Virus record (IMG/VR): IMGVR_UViG_3300044629_000131
Coordinates: 20,027-84,026 of that record
DNA from: a virus
Strand: one strand, 5' to 3'
DNA length: 64,000 bases
Positions 27,340-37,428 of the stretch are shown here, piece after piece; positions within the stretch are counted from its first letter, which is position 1, and each line of letters opens with the position of its first letter. The notes under the pieces were generated by a model that saw only the letters and a list, made by a program, of their open reading frames with translations, made no database searches and was not told the DNA's origin. A program made the translations under genes and the position numbers.

Positions 27340-28808
27340 TGACACTCCTTTCTGTTAAAAAGAAAAACGAAGTATACGTCACCATTCAGTCCGCAGAGCC
27401 CCATGTTCATATGGAGCTTTCGGACTATTTTACTTTTGAGGTTCCAGAAGCAAAGTTCTTAAAGAAAAATCCTCGTTACAAATACTGGGATGGAACTATT
27501 CGTCTGTATTCTCCTGGTACTGGCGAACTGTATGGTGGTTTAATGAAACACCTTGAGGTGTGGGCAGCGGAGCGTCAGTACACAATACAATACGAAAAGA
27601 ATGATTGGTATGGCGATGTTCAAGAAACTAACGACTTTGTTTCTCCTGCTGGTATCAAAACATTTATGGACAAAATCACCAGAGAAGGAATTACTCCAAG
27701 AGAGTATCAATACCGTGCTGTCTACGAAGCAATAAAGAATAATCGCAAATTACTTCTTTCTCCTACGGGGTCGGGGAAATCTCTGATGATCTATTCCCTC
27801 GTCAGATACTATACTGCTACCAACAAGCAAACGTTGATCATCGTCCCTACTACGTCCCTGGTAGAACAGATGGTTAATGACTTTAAAGATTACGGGTGGA
27901 ATGCTGATGAGCATGTTCATAAAATTTACTCTGGTAAAGATAAGAATACTGATAAACCGATCATCATTTCCACCTGGCAATCAATCTATAAGTTTCCCAA
28001 GAGATACTTTGATGATTTTGATTGCGTGATTGGTGATGAAGCACACCTGTTTAAGTCTAAATCACTTACTGGTATTATGACAAAGCTTCATAATGCGAAG
28101 TATAGATTTGGTTTTACTGGAACCCTTGATGGTAGTAAGACACACAAGTGGGTATTAGAAGGTTTGTTTGGTGATTGTGAGCGTGTAACAAAAACTGATG
28201 ATCTTATTCGTGAAGGACATCTATCTAAATTTAGGATCAAAGTTTTACTTTGTAAACATGCTCCACAATATTTTGATACATATCATGATGAAATTGATTA
28301 TCTTGTCAATCATAAAGGAAGAAATAATTTAATCAAAAATCTTGTTAAAGATATTGATGGCAATACACTCGTGTTATTCAACTATGTGGAGAAGCATGGA
28401 GAACCACTTTTTGATCTAATAAATAACACAATAGATCCCACAAGAAAAATATTCTTTGTTCATGGTGGGACTGACGTTGAAGACAGAGAAGAAGTACGAC
28501 AAATTACCGAGAGTGAAAACAATGCTGTGATCATTGCTTCATACGGTACTTTCTCAACTGGCATCAACATCAAAAGATTACACAATATTATTTTTGCTTC
28601 ACCCAGTAAGTCACGTATACGTAATTTACAGTCCATCGGAAGGGTCCTACGTAAAGGTGAAGGAAAGGACATCGCAACCTTATATGATATTGCTGATGAT
28701 ATAGGTGGTCAAAATTATACACTAAAACATCTGAATGAAAGGGTTAATATTTACAACGAAGAAAACTTTAAGTATGAGGTTATTAAAGTAAATTTACGCG
28801 CAAGTTAA
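27339..28808 (+). CDS. uvsW: SF2 helicase UvsW
   Basis: SPTGSGKS, GDEAH, FTGT, QSIGRVLR. Confidence 0.96.
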   Translation: MTLLSVKKKNEVYVTIQSAEPHVHMELSDYFTFEVPEAKFLKKNPRYKYWDGTIRLYSPGTGELYGGLMKHLEVWAAERQYTIQYEKNDWYGDVQETNDFVSPAGIKTFMDKITREGITPREYQYRAVYEAIKNNRKLLLSPTGSGKSLMIYSLVRYYTATNKQTLIIVPTTSLVEQMVNDFKDYGWNADEHVHKIYSGKDKNTDKPIIISTWQSIYKFPKRYFDDFDCVIGDEAHLFKSKSLTGIMTKLHNAKYRFGFTGTLDGSKTHKWVLEGLFGDCERVTKTDDLIREGHLSKFRIKVLLCKHAPQYFDTYHDEIDYLVNHKGRNNLIKNLVKDIDGNTLVLFNYVEKHGEPLFDLINNTIDPTRKIFFVHGGTDVEDREEVRQITESENNAVIIASYGTFSTGINIKRLHNIIFASPSKSRIRNLQSIGRVLRKGEGKDIATLYDIADDIGGQNYTLKHLNERVNIYNEENFKYEVIKVNLRAS

Positions 28809-28809
28809 T

Positions 28810-29208
28810 ATGGAAGAAGAATTTTATGCGACACTAAAATTAGTTTCTGGGGAAGAGATAGTAGCAAGGGTTTGCTATCTTCCAGATGAAGACAAACTTA
28901 TGTTGGATAAACCATTAGCAGTTGAAACAGCAAAACAAAAAAAGGGTCACATGGAAGTGACTGGGTTTACTTTAAAAGAATGGATCTCAGCTACATTTGA
29001 TGATATGTTTATTATCAAACGAGATCACATTCTTACGATGACAGAATTGGATGAAACAATTGAAGAGTTCTATATAAAAACAGTTCAAAAAATTGAAAGC
29101 GCCAAAACGCTAATCGGTAGAGGAAACAAACTTCCCAGAAGAGCTGGTTATCTCGGGTCTATTAAGGAAGTGAAAAAATCTTTAGAAGATATCTATAAGA
29201 AAAGTTAA
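28810..29208 (+). CDS. Conserved T4-like protein with Sm-like start
   Basis: LKLVSGEEIVARV; position between uvsW and gp55. Confidence 0.7.
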   Translation: MEEEFYATLKLVSGEEIVARVCYLPDEDKLMLDKPLAVETAKQKKGHMEVTGFTLKEWISATFDDMFIIKRDHILTMTELDETIEEFYIKTVQKIESAKTLIGRGNKLPRRAGYLGSIKEVKKSLEDIYKKS

Positions 29209-29241
29209 GAGCTCTATTTCCCTTGAACCCCTGACAGAGTT

Positions 29242-29270
29242 ATTGTACTGGGTTTCTGAGGTCATGTCAA
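29242..29270 (-). promoter_or_regulatory. Antisense sigma70-type promoter
   Basis: Minus strand TTGACA-N17-TACAAT. Confidence 0.7.
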
Positions 29271-29276
29271 GCCCCC

Positions 29277-29305
29277 TTTACAATTGAACGATACGATGCT
29301 ATACT
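29277..29305 (+). promoter_or_regulatory. sigma70-type promoter of gp55
   Basis: TTTACA-N17-TATACT with TGn extension. Confidence 0.75.
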
Positions 29306-29329
29306 TGATACAAATCATGTGAGACAACC

Positions 29330-29839
29330 GTGACATTCGCAGTAATGACAAGAAAAAAACAGACAGAAAATTACGTCAATAACAAAGAGTTTCTTGCTGC
29401 GATCAGTGAGTACCGATCTAAGGTTATTGCTGCGAAGGAAGCTGGTAAACCTCGCCCCCGAGTAACAAACTACTTGGGGGAATGCTTCCTAAAAATTGCC
29501 ACACATCTTTCTTACAAACCAAACTTTGTCAACTACATGTTCCGTGAGGACATGATTTGTGACGGTATTGAAAACTGCTTACAGTATATTGATAACTTTG
29601 ATCCAGAGAAATCAACTAACCCGTTTGCCTATTTCACTCAAATTATCTACTACGCTTTTCTCCGCCGTATACAAAAGGAAAAGAAACAGCTTGAAATTAA
29701 AGGAAAAATTCTTGAACGATCAGGATATGACGAAGTGATGCACACAGACACATTTGATGGTACAATGTCTGGTATGAACGCTTCCTATTCTGACATGGGA
29801 ACTATCAAAGAAAGTATTGAAACCCGAATGAACCGATGA
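29330..29839 (+). CDS. gp55: Late sigma factor gp55 (start GTG 29330 or ATG 29345)
   Basis: YVNNKEFL, MICDGIENC..Y..NFDPEKS.NPFAYFTQI. Confidence 0.96.
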   Translation: MTFAVMTRKKQTENYVNNKEFLAAISEYRSKVIAAKEAGKPRPRVTNYLGECFLKIATHLSYKPNFVNYMFREDMICDGIENCLQYIDNFDPEKSTNPFAYFTQIIYYAFLRRIQKEKKQLEIKGKILERSGYDEVMHTDTFDGTMSGMNASYSDMGTIKESIETRMNR

Positions 29840-30048
29840 ATGATTATGAGTGGATTGATGAATGTTTCCGTGTCGAACAGAAACGCTTTGGAACTTGGTC
29901 TAGCTACGATAAAGAAGGTAAGGGCATCCTCACCACACTTAGTAAGGAACACCTTATCGCTTCGACCCGTTGGTATCTACGAGCAAAACAAGAAGGGTTC
30001 TCTGAACCAACTATTCAATACGATGGAACTGTTGGAGGTAAACTATGA
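29836..30048 (+). CDS. Hypothetical protein
   Basis: ATGA-coupled on both sides; ends YDGTVGGKL. Confidence 0.7.
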   Translation: MNDYEWIDECFRVEQKRFGTWSSYDKEGKGILTTLSKEHLIASTRWYLRAKQEGFSEPTIQYDGTVGGKL

Positions 30049-31085
30049 AGATCGCTCTAATTACTGACCAGCATCTTGATGGACGCAAAGGATCTCTGGC
30101 ATTCTGGAATTACTTTCAGAAGTTTTATGATGAAGTATTTTTTCCTATACTAGAAAAGAAAAAAGTTACTCACATTATTGACCTTGGAGATACATTTGAC
30201 AATCGTAAGTCAATGGACTTCAATACATTTCATCGTGTGAAGGAGCATTACTTTGACAAACTACAAGGTTACAAAGTTCATATGCTTCTTGGTAATCATT
30301 GTACTTATTACAAAAATACCAACCGTATCAACTCACCTGAACTCTTACTGGAACAGTATTCAAACATCCGCATTTATTCTTCACCAGAGCATCTTACAAT
30401 AGGTAGTAAGAAGTTCCTGATGTTGCCTTGGATCAACGCAGAGAACCGTGATGATGTCTTAAAGCTACTTGAAACTTCTGATGCTGATATTTGTTGCGGT
30501 CACCTTGAACTTACTGGATTTGAAGTTACGCCTGGTATGATGATGGATCATGGTATGGATCCAAAACTATTCCATCGTTTCAACCGTGTCTGGTCTGGAC
30601 ATTTTCATCATCGTTCAAAGAAAGGGAATATTCAGTATCTTGGCAATCCTTATCAAATGTATTGGAATGATTACAAGGACACCCGTGGATTTCATATTTA
30701 CGATACTCAAAGTGATAAACTTGAGTTTATCCCTAACCCGTTCGAGATCTTCGAAAAGATTATCTACGACGACACAAAGGCAGACTACAACAAACAAGAT
30801 GTGTCTGATTATAAAGACAAGTACATCAAGATCGTCGTTGATGAAAAGAAAGACTACCAAATGTTTGAAACGTTGGTTGATCGTCTTTACAACGTAGGAG
30901 TTCATGATGTAAAGATTATTGAAAATCTTGTTGGCGAAGACAGCAAAACCGACATCGAAATGTCCGCAAAAGATACATTAACACTTCTGAATGAGTATAT
31001 TGATGAAGTAGAAATGACCGTCAGTAAATCAGATCTTAAGACACTTATGAGATCTCTATATATTGAGAGCTGTAACGTTGTCTAA
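30045..31085 (+). CDS. gp47: Recombination nuclease gp47 (Mre11/SbcD-like)
   Basis: TDQH, LGDTFD, GNH, GHFH. Confidence 0.95.
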   Translation: MKIALITDQHLDGRKGSLAFWNYFQKFYDEVFFPILEKKKVTHIIDLGDTFDNRKSMDFNTFHRVKEHYFDKLQGYKVHMLLGNHCTYYKNTNRINSPELLLEQYSNIRIYSSPEHLTIGSKKFLMLPWINAENRDDVLKLLETSDADICCGHLELTGFEVTPGMMMDHGMDPKLFHRFNRVWSGHFHHRSKKGNIQYLGNPYQMYWNDYKDTRGFHIYDTQSDKLEFIPNPFEIFEKIIYDDTKADYNKQDVSDYKDKYIKIVVDEKKDYQMFETLVDRLYNVGVHDVKIIENLVGEDSKTDIEMSAKDTLTLLNEYIDEVEMTVSKSDLKTLMRSLYIESCNVV

Positions 31086-31086
31086 T

Positions 31087-31350
31087 ATGTACATCGTAAC
31101 TTTGGAAGATCACCCAGATGGCGTATACTCTGTCTTTGATGAACAAGAAGACAGAGTAATTCCTATCTTTCAAGAAGAAGATGATGCTGACCGTTACCTT
31201 ATGATGTTAGAAGAAGACCCAGACTATCCACCAATGCAGATAGTTGAGGTTGACGACCATGTTATAATAGGAGCATGTCAAGAGAGAGGACATAGGTTCT
31301 CAATCATAACTCCTGATGACTTTTTGATCCCACCCGATGATTTAGAATGA
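31087..31350 (+). CDS. DUF3110-like protein (cyanobacterial type)
   Basis: FQEEDDADRY..ML....YP, C....., LIPP. Confidence 0.6.
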   Translation: MYIVTLEDHPDGVYSVFDEQEDRVIPIFQEEDDADRYLMMLEEDPDYPPMQIVEVDDHVIIGACQERGHRFSIITPDDFLIPPDDLE

Positions 31351-33077
31351 TTATTTTTAAAAAGATCCGATGGAAAAACTTTCTCTCTACTGGGAATGTT
31401 TTTAGTGAAGTTGATTTACAAGCAGCAAAAACAAATCTGATCATCGGTTCCAACGGAGCTGGTAAGAGTACCATTTTGGATGCTCTTACTTTTTCTTTGT
31501 TTGGCAAACCATTTCGTAAGATCAACAAGCCTCTGCTGGTTAATAGTATCAACGAAAAAGACTGTCTTACCGAAATTGAATTTAGCATCGGCAAGAATGA
31601 TTACAAAGTGGTTCGTGGGATCAAACCAAACAAATTTGAGATCTATTGTAACGATCAGTTGTGGAACCAAGAAAGCACGGTTGTAGATCAGCAAAAGAAC
31701 TTCGAACAAAACGTTCTCAAACTGAACTACAAATCATTCACTCAGATTGTAGTGCTTGGTTCTTCAACTTTCGTTCCATTTATGCGTTTGCCTCTGGCAC
31801 AACGCAGAGAGATCATCGAAGATATCCTTGATATTCAAGTATTCTCTACGATGAATATTCTTCTCAAAGATAAAGTCCGAGAGAATAATGAAGAGATCAA
31901 GAACCTTGACTATGAACTTCACCTCCTGGGAGAGAAGATTGATATTCAGAAGAAGTATATGCTTGAACTGGAGAAAAAGACAAAGGAAGAGATTGACCGT
32001 AAGCAAAATAAAATTGCTGTATTGTTAGAAGATGAAAACACACAGCATCATGAGATTGCGCGTCTGACTTCTGAAGTCGAAAAACATTCTAAAGAAATGG
32101 AAGCACTCTCAAATTCTTCTTCTAAGTTAAAGAAGTTAAACACCTTTCTCTTTAAAATCCAATCAAAACTTTCATCATGTCAAAAAGAACACCAGTTCTT
32201 TACTGACAATCATGTGTGTCCTACCTGTACTCAAGACCTGAGTGAAGATTTTAGACAGAGTAAGATTGCTGAGGGAGAGGGTGAATTAAATAATCTCCAG
32301 ACTGGTATTGAAGATCTGCTAGATGCCATCGCAAAAGAAGAGGAGCGAGAAAATGAATTCGCAAGACTATCAAAAATTATACTTGGCTTCAACTCTTCTA
32401 TTACTCAAGCGAATTATCAGATTACTTCCATACGAAAAACAATCGGTGATATAGAAACCGAGATTAAAGAACTGGAAGAAACTAACCCAGACAAGAAAGC
32501 AGAGTTTGTCAAACTTGAAGGACTTGTTACGAATAAAAAAGATTTGGGCAAGACCTTTGCCGAATACAAGAAAGATCGTGATACACTATTGGTGGCATCG
32601 CAGTTGTTGAAAGACAACGGGATCAAGACCAGGATTATCAAAACCTATCTCCCAGCGATGAACCAACTGATCAATCAATATCTTCAGCGTATGGATTTCT
32701 ATGTGAATTTTACGTTGAATGAGAACTTTGAAGAGATCATCAAATCCAGATATCGTGATGTGTTTTCTTATGATAGTTTCAGCGAAGGAGAGAAAGCTAG
32801 GATTGATATTGCTTTGTTGCTTACTTGGAGAGCTATTGCTAAGCTCAAGAATAGCGTGGATACTAACCTCCTTATTCTAGATGAGATCTTTGATAGTTCT
32901 TTGGATCAGCAAGGTGGCAGCGATCTCGGTTGGATCCTAAGAAACTTTGATGATAATACAAATGTATATGTCATCAGTCATCGAGAACAACTAGAAGGAA
33001 AGTTTGATAGAACAATTACAGCGGTGAAGGAAAAGAATTTCTCCGTCATCCAGCAGACAGTTTCTGAACTGGACTAG
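31347..33077 (+). CDS. gp46: Recombination ATPase gp46 (Rad50/SbcC-like)
   Basis: GSNGAGKST, CPTC zinc hook, FSEGEK, LILDE. Confidence 0.96.
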   Translation: MIIFKKIRWKNFLSTGNVFSEVDLQAAKTNLIIGSNGAGKSTILDALTFSLFGKPFRKINKPLLVNSINEKDCLTEIEFSIGKNDYKVVRGIKPNKFEIYCNDQLWNQESTVVDQQKNFEQNVLKLNYKSFTQIVVLGSSTFVPFMRLPLAQRREIIEDILDIQVFSTMNILLKDKVRENNEEIKNLDYELHLLGEKIDIQKKYMLELEKKTKEEIDRKQNKIAVLLEDENTQHHEIARLTSEVEKHSKEMEALSNSSSKLKKLNTFLFKIQSKLSSCQKEHQFFTDNHVCPTCTQDLSEDFRQSKIAEGEGELNNLQTGIEDLLDAIAKEEERENEFARLSKIILGFNSSITQANYQITSIRKTIGDIETEIKELEETNPDKKAEFVKLEGLVTNKKDLGKTFAEYKKDRDTLLVASQLLKDNGIKTRIIKTYLPAMNQLINQYLQRMDFYVNFTLNENFEEIIKSRYRDVFSYDSFSEGEKARIDIALLLTWRAIAKLKNSVDTNLLILDEIFDSSLDQQGGSDLGWILRNFDDNTNVYVISHREQLEGKFDRTITAVKEKNFSVIQQTVSELD

Positions 33078-33112
33078 GGGTGCCTCTAAGGGGGTGCCCC
33101 TTTTGCTATGCT
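33056..33112 (+). promoter_or_regulatory. Palindrome-box promoter 1 with embedded terminator hairpin
   Basis: GACAGTT-N4-AACTGG, hairpin 33076-33104 with T-run, then TG-C-TATGCT. Confidence 0.6.
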
Positions 33113-33133
33113 TACCACATCAGCAAAAAACCC

Positions 33134-35293
33134 ATGACCCGCCAAGAAATCAAGGGCAACCTCGCCCGCCTACTCGCTACTGAGAACCTCGTTGTAGAGC
33201 ACCGTAACTGCCCTACAGCGTGCTTCAACGTTGAGACCCGTGTACTGACCCTCCCGAACTGGGACCGTGCTTCCAGCACCGTATACGATATGCTGGTGGG
33301 TCATGAAGTGGGACACGCTCTCTTTACTCCCAACGAAGACTGGACTGCCAAGGTAGATTGCCCCAAAGACTTCATCAACGTGATTGAGGATGCGCGTATC
33401 GAGAAGCTGATGAAGCGTAAGTATCCTGGTCTGCGTAAGTCTTTTGCTGGTGGGTATCAAGAACTGAATGCCCAAGATTTCTTTGGCATCAAAGGTGATG
33501 ATCTGAATACTTATAGTTTGATTGACCGTATCAATCTTCACTTCAAGGTTGGTGCTGGTGCCTTCATTCCTTTCTCTGTTGATGAGCAAGTGTTTGTTGC
33601 TCGTACTGAGGAAGCAGAAAGCTTTGATGAAGTGCTCCAGATTGCTGTTGATGTTTATAACTTCAGCAAGCAAGAGAAAGAACTTGAGCAAGTTGATGCT
33701 AATGTTAATATTGACCAGACTACTCAAGGTGGGGGTGGTTCCACTCAATTTGGGGGTGATAATGAACCAGAAGAAGGTGATGCTGATGAAGATCAACCTT
33801 CTGGTGGCGCTGATCAGCAAGGTCAGCAAACTGGTGGTGCCACTCAACCGAAAGGTGAAGATGCTGATGCTGCTGGTGATGAAGGTGATGAAGAGAGTTC
33901 TAAAACTCAAGATGCGTTTGATCGTGCTTCTGAGCGCCTGACTAATACTTTCTCTGGTGGTAATACTTACTATGTTGAGATCCCAGACAGTGTGGTTCTT
34001 GATGAGTATGTTGCTGACTGGACTGAAGTCCATGACTGGATTGATGAGCAGCGTGAAGGTCTTAATGATATTCTGCTTGAGACTGCTTACGACGGTGTTG
34101 ATGCTGACTATCAATCTTTCCGTAAGCAATCTCAGAAAGAAGTAAATTATCTGGTAAAAGAGTTTGAGTGTCGCAAATCTGCTGATGCTTATGCTCGTGC
34201 TGGTCAATCCAAGACTGGTGTGCTTGACACTACCAAGATTCACACGTATCTTTACAACGAAGATATCTTCAAGAAAGTTACTGTTCTTCCTGACGGTAAG
34301 AACCATGGTCTGCTGTTCCTTCTGGACTGGTCTGGTTCGATGCAGCGTGAGATCTTTGCTACTGTCAAACAGCTTCTGAACCTTACTGCCTTCTGTAAGA
34401 AAGTTCAGATCCCGTTTGAGGTGTATGCTTTCACGAACGATTACTTCCCTGTTCGTCGTGCCAAGGAAGGTAAATCTCCGTATGTTTCTAATGATGAATA
34501 CTTTGCCGCTAATGGTTGCCATGATGGCAAAGTGTATCTCCAGAAAGGTATGTTCCATCTGGTGAATTTTGTTTCTTCTCGTTCTAACGGCAAAGACTAT
34601 GAGCGTATGTGCCGTAATCTTTTCCGAGAAGCATACACCTATACCTACCACACTTACTATGGTGCCACTACTGGTCTTGGTTTGTCTGGCACTCCTCTGA
34701 ACGAGGGTATCGTGATGCTCAACTACATCATTCCTCAGTTCAAGAAACAGAACGATCTTCAGAAAGTAAATGTCTGTATTCTTTCTGATGGTGAAGCTTG
34801 CCAGACTTCCTATGGTCGTAAGTTGTATGATGAATACCGTGATAGGAACTATGTTCGTCCTCGCCGTCTAGACAACAGCACTTGTTTGCGTGATCGTCAA
34901 ACTGGTCGTGTCTACAAACCGTTTGAAGGTTGGGATGGTAACACCAATACGTTCATTCAACAACTGCGTGACCGTAATCCTGGCGTGAATGTGTTGGGTT
35001 TCCGTATTCTTTCTGGTTCCCAACTCTCCAACTTCGTCTGCTCCTATGCTGACATTGATTATTATGGAGAAGTTCAGAAGCAGTGGAAGAAAGAGAAGTC
35101 TGCTATCATCCCGCATCCCAAAGCATTCACCGCTTTGTATGCCATCAGTAACAGTTCTCTTGACGAGAGTTCTGTGTTTGATGTAGAGTCTGGTGCCAAC
35201 AAGGGTGACATTACCAAAGCATTCAAAAAGATGCTGAATTCTAAAACCACCAACAAAAAACTTCTTAATTCTTTCGTGGAGTATGTCGCATGA
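33134..35293 (+). CDS. Metallopeptidase-vWA (CobT-like) protein
   Basis: HEVGH zincin motif, acidic linker, MIDAS DWSGS...GTPL...SDG; ATG 33134. Confidence 0.85.
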   Translation: MTRQEIKGNLARLLATENLVVEHRNCPTACFNVETRVLTLPNWDRASSTVYDMLVGHEVGHALFTPNEDWTAKVDCPKDFINVIEDARIEKLMKRKYPGLRKSFAGGYQELNAQDFFGIKGDDLNTYSLIDRINLHFKVGAGAFIPFSVDEQVFVARTEEAESFDEVLQIAVDVYNFSKQEKELEQVDANVNIDQTTQGGGGSTQFGGDNEPEEGDADEDQPSGGADQQGQQTGGATQPKGEDADAAGDEGDEESSKTQDAFDRASERLTNTFSGGNTYYVEIPDSVVLDEYVADWTEVHDWIDEQREGLNDILLETAYDGVDADYQSFRKQSQKEVNYLVKEFECRKSADAYARAGQSKTGVLDTTKIHTYLYNEDIFKKVTVLPDGKNHGLLFLLDWSGSMQREIFATVKQLLNLTAFCKKVQIPFEVYAFTNDYFPVRRAKEGKSPYVSNDEYFAANGCHDGKVYLQKGMFHLVNFVSSRSNGKDYERMCRNLFREAYTYTYHTYYGATTGLGLSGTPLNEGIVMLNYIIPQFKKQNDLQKVNVCILSDGEACQTSYGRKLYDEYRDRNYVRPRRLDNSTCLRDRQTGRVYKPFEGWDGNTNTFIQQLRDRNPGVNVLGFRILSGSQLSNFVCSYADIDYYGEVQKQWKKEKSAIIPHPKAFTALYAISNSSLDESSVFDVESGANKGDITKAFKKMLNSKTTNKKLLNSFVEYVA

Positions 35294-35799
35294 ACATTTT
35301 TGTCACCTCGCCATTTCCTGCCGAGAGTGCCATTTGTTTGCCAGATAAACATATCGTAAAGATGCCACTTGAGTGTTGCCAGATGTTATCCATCGTGGCA
35401 TCCAAGTGGTATCATAATTATGGTCCTATTCATAAAGCAGATGGTATCGCATATCGCACAGAAAAGGGTGCGTTTCGCAATCACCCATGTACTAAGTGGG
35501 CATCTGAAACTATTGATAATGCCTATTGGTTGATTAAGTGGGGCATGAACTTGTGTGATGAATACTCTGTTCGTTATGGTAAGTTTCATTCTTGCTACAA
35601 CACTTTGCTGGAAGCATATTATCTTTTCCCCAAAGGTAAGATCACAGAGGTGACACCATTTGCTCGTGCGATGCCTGATGAATATAAATTAGACACCAGT
35701 ATTGACACCTTCACGGCATACAAAATGTATATTGCCAGCAAGCCATGGGTGGCATCCAACTACCTGCGTATGCCACTTCGCAAACCGTCCTGGGTCTGA
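35290..35799 (+). CDS. Pyrimidine-dimer DNA glycosylase-like protein
   Basis: MNIF...DKHIVKMPLE..QMLS, NHPCTKW. Confidence 0.7.
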   Translation: MNIFVTSPFPAESAICLPDKHIVKMPLECCQMLSIVASKWYHNYGPIHKADGIAYRTEKGAFRNHPCTKWASETIDNAYWLIKWGMNLCDEYSVRYGKFHSCYNTLLEAYYLFPKGKITEVTPFARAMPDEYKLDTSIDTFTAYKMYIASKPWVASNYLRMPLRKPSWV

Positions 35800-35827
35800 C
35801 GCCAAACCGCCCTGCCTGCCCTATACT
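35772..35827 (+). promoter_or_regulatory. Palindrome-box promoter 2
   Basis: GCCACTT-N4-AACCGTC, then TATACT 34 nt after the AACCG. Confidence 0.55.
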
Positions 35828-35842
35828 AAGTACATCAACGAA

Positions 35843-36982
35843 ATGACCCAAATGCCTGCCAAATCTGACGTTACTACCGAGCAACTGACTTCTTATCTGT
35901 CCAACAACTTTGGCAACGATATCAACGCCGCTCAGGTTCAGGATGCTTGTGGTGTCTTTGGTATCACTTATGCTACTGCTACCAAGCGACTGCGTGATTT
36001 CTATGTGAAGCGTGGCACTTGGAACCTGACTGTTCAGGAGCGACTTGAGCAAACCTATCAAGCTCCTGCTGCTGCTCCTGCTGTTGGTGTTACCGTTCGG
36101 GAAGAACAGAACCTTATTCCTACCAAAGATCGTAATTATGTCCCGTTCGGGAACTTCTCGGATGTGAAAAAGATTATCCAATCTGGTCTGTTCTACCCTA
36201 CTTTCATTACTGGTCTGTCTGGTAACGGTAAGACTTTCTCTGTTGAACAAGCATGTGCTCAACTCAAGCGTGAATTGATCCGTGTGAACATCACTATTGA
36301 GACTGACGAGGATGACCTGATCGGTGGTTTCCGTCTTGTCAACGGTGAGACTGTGTGGCATAACGGTCCTGTGATCGAAGCTCTTGAGCGTGGCGCTATT
36401 CTTCTTCTTGATGAGGTTGACCTCGCTAGCAATAAGATCCTGTGCCTCCAATCTATCCTTGAAGGCAAAGGTGTCTTCCTGAAGAAGATTGGTAAGTTTG
36501 TTCAACCTGCTGCTGGTTTCAACATCTTCGCTACTGCCAATACCAAAGGTAAGGGTTCTGAAGATGGACGCTTCATCGGCACCAACGTTCTGAACGAAGC
36601 TTTCCTTGAGCGTTTTGCTCTGACCTTTGAGCAAGACTATCCTACGGTGACTGTTGAGACCAATATTCTCAAGAAAGCAGCTGCTTCTTTGAATATTGAT
36701 GACGAAGAGTTTTGTGTAAATCTTGCCAACTGGGCAGATATCATCCGTAAAACTTTCAAGGATGGTGGTATTGACGAGGTGATTTCCACCCGCCGTCTGG
36801 TTCATATCATCCGTGCCTATGCTATCTGGCAGGATCGTATGAAGTCTATTAAGGTCTGTGTCAATCGTTTTGATGATGAGACCAAGCAATCTTTCATCGA
36901 ACTGTATGATAAGATTGATGCTAAGGTAGAAACCAAGGAAGAAACTAAGGAGGAAGGTATCCATGTCGAATACGAACTTTGA
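35843..36982 (+). CDS. cobS: MoxR/CobS-family AAA+ ATPase
   Basis: GLSGNGKT, DLIGG, LLLDEVD, ATANTKG, NEAFLERF, STRRLV. Confidence 0.9.
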   Translation: MTQMPAKSDVTTEQLTSYLSNNFGNDINAAQVQDACGVFGITYATATKRLRDFYVKRGTWNLTVQERLEQTYQAPAAAPAVGVTVREEQNLIPTKDRNYVPFGNFSDVKKIIQSGLFYPTFITGLSGNGKTFSVEQACAQLKRELIRVNITIETDEDDLIGGFRLVNGETVWHNGPVIEALERGAILLLDEVDLASNKILCLQSILEGKGVFLKKIGKFVQPAAGFNIFATANTKGKGSEDGRFIGTNVLNEAFLERFALTFEQDYPTVTVETNILKKAAASLNIDDEEFCVNLANWADIIRKTFKDGGIDEVISTRRLVHIIRAYAIWQDRMKSIKVCVNRFDDETKQSFIELYDKIDAKVETKEETKEEGIHVEYEL

Positions 36983-37139
36983 TAAGTTCCACGGGTATGT
37001 AAATCATCTTGCCGTCCTTGATGGCGGCAAGACCGTGAAGATCCTAGGTGGCGAGGGTCTGAAGTTATTTGTCAAAGACCTTGACGGCAACGTTCAAGAA
37101 TGCTACCATAGTAATATTCAAATGATCTGGAACAAGTGA
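36963..37139 (+). CDS. 58-aa hypothetical protein (not in ORF track)
   Basis: MSNTNFDKFHGYVNHLAVLDGGKTVKILGGEGLKLFVKDLDG...; GGAGG/AAGG upstream. Confidence 0.55.
   Translation: MSNTNFDKFHGYVNHLAVLDGGKTVKILGGEGLKLFVKDLDGNVQECYHSNIQMIWNK
37081..37109 (+). promoter_or_regulatory. sigma70-type promoter for the clamp operon
   Basis: TTGACG-N17-TACCAT with TGn extension. Confidence 0.6.
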
Positions 37140-37140
37140 A

Positions 37141-37428
37141 ATGAATTTCAAATATAATGAAGACGCAATCATTAGTGAGTTGCGTGACTACATCGTGAAT
37201 ACCTACAAACAACATTACTCTGCTGGTGATGACAAAATCCAAACGCTGGATCTGATTGAAGCATGTGGTGATGGTGAAGCTTTCTGTCGTAGCAACATCC
37301 TGAAGTATGCTTCTCGCTACGATAAGAAAGGTAGTGCTCGCATGGACATCATGAAAGTGCTACACTATGCCGTGCTTCTAATGCATTTCAACGATAAAAA
37401 CGCTACCCGTGAAGATTACAACCGATGA
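37141..37428 (+). CDS. DUF3310 (SaV-like) protein
   Basis: HY...IQTLDLI...FCRSNILKYASRYDKKG...DIMK..HY. Confidence 0.8.
   Translation: MNFKYNEDAIISELRDYIVNTYKQHYSAGDDKIQTLDLIEACGDGEAFCRSNILKYASRYDKKGSARMDIMKVLHYAVLLMHFNDKNATREDYNR

Noticed and set aside
33170-34651. 493-aa minus-strand ORF
   Set aside because: Antisense shadow of the vWA gene; its codon bias avoids reverse-strand stops; no motifs.
35711-36964. 417-aa minus-strand ORF
   Set aside because: Antisense shadow of the AAA+ ATPase gene.
35843-36982. cobS as evidence of cobalamin synthesis
   Set aside because: No cobN or other cob genes in the window; fits a generic MoxR/vWA pair.
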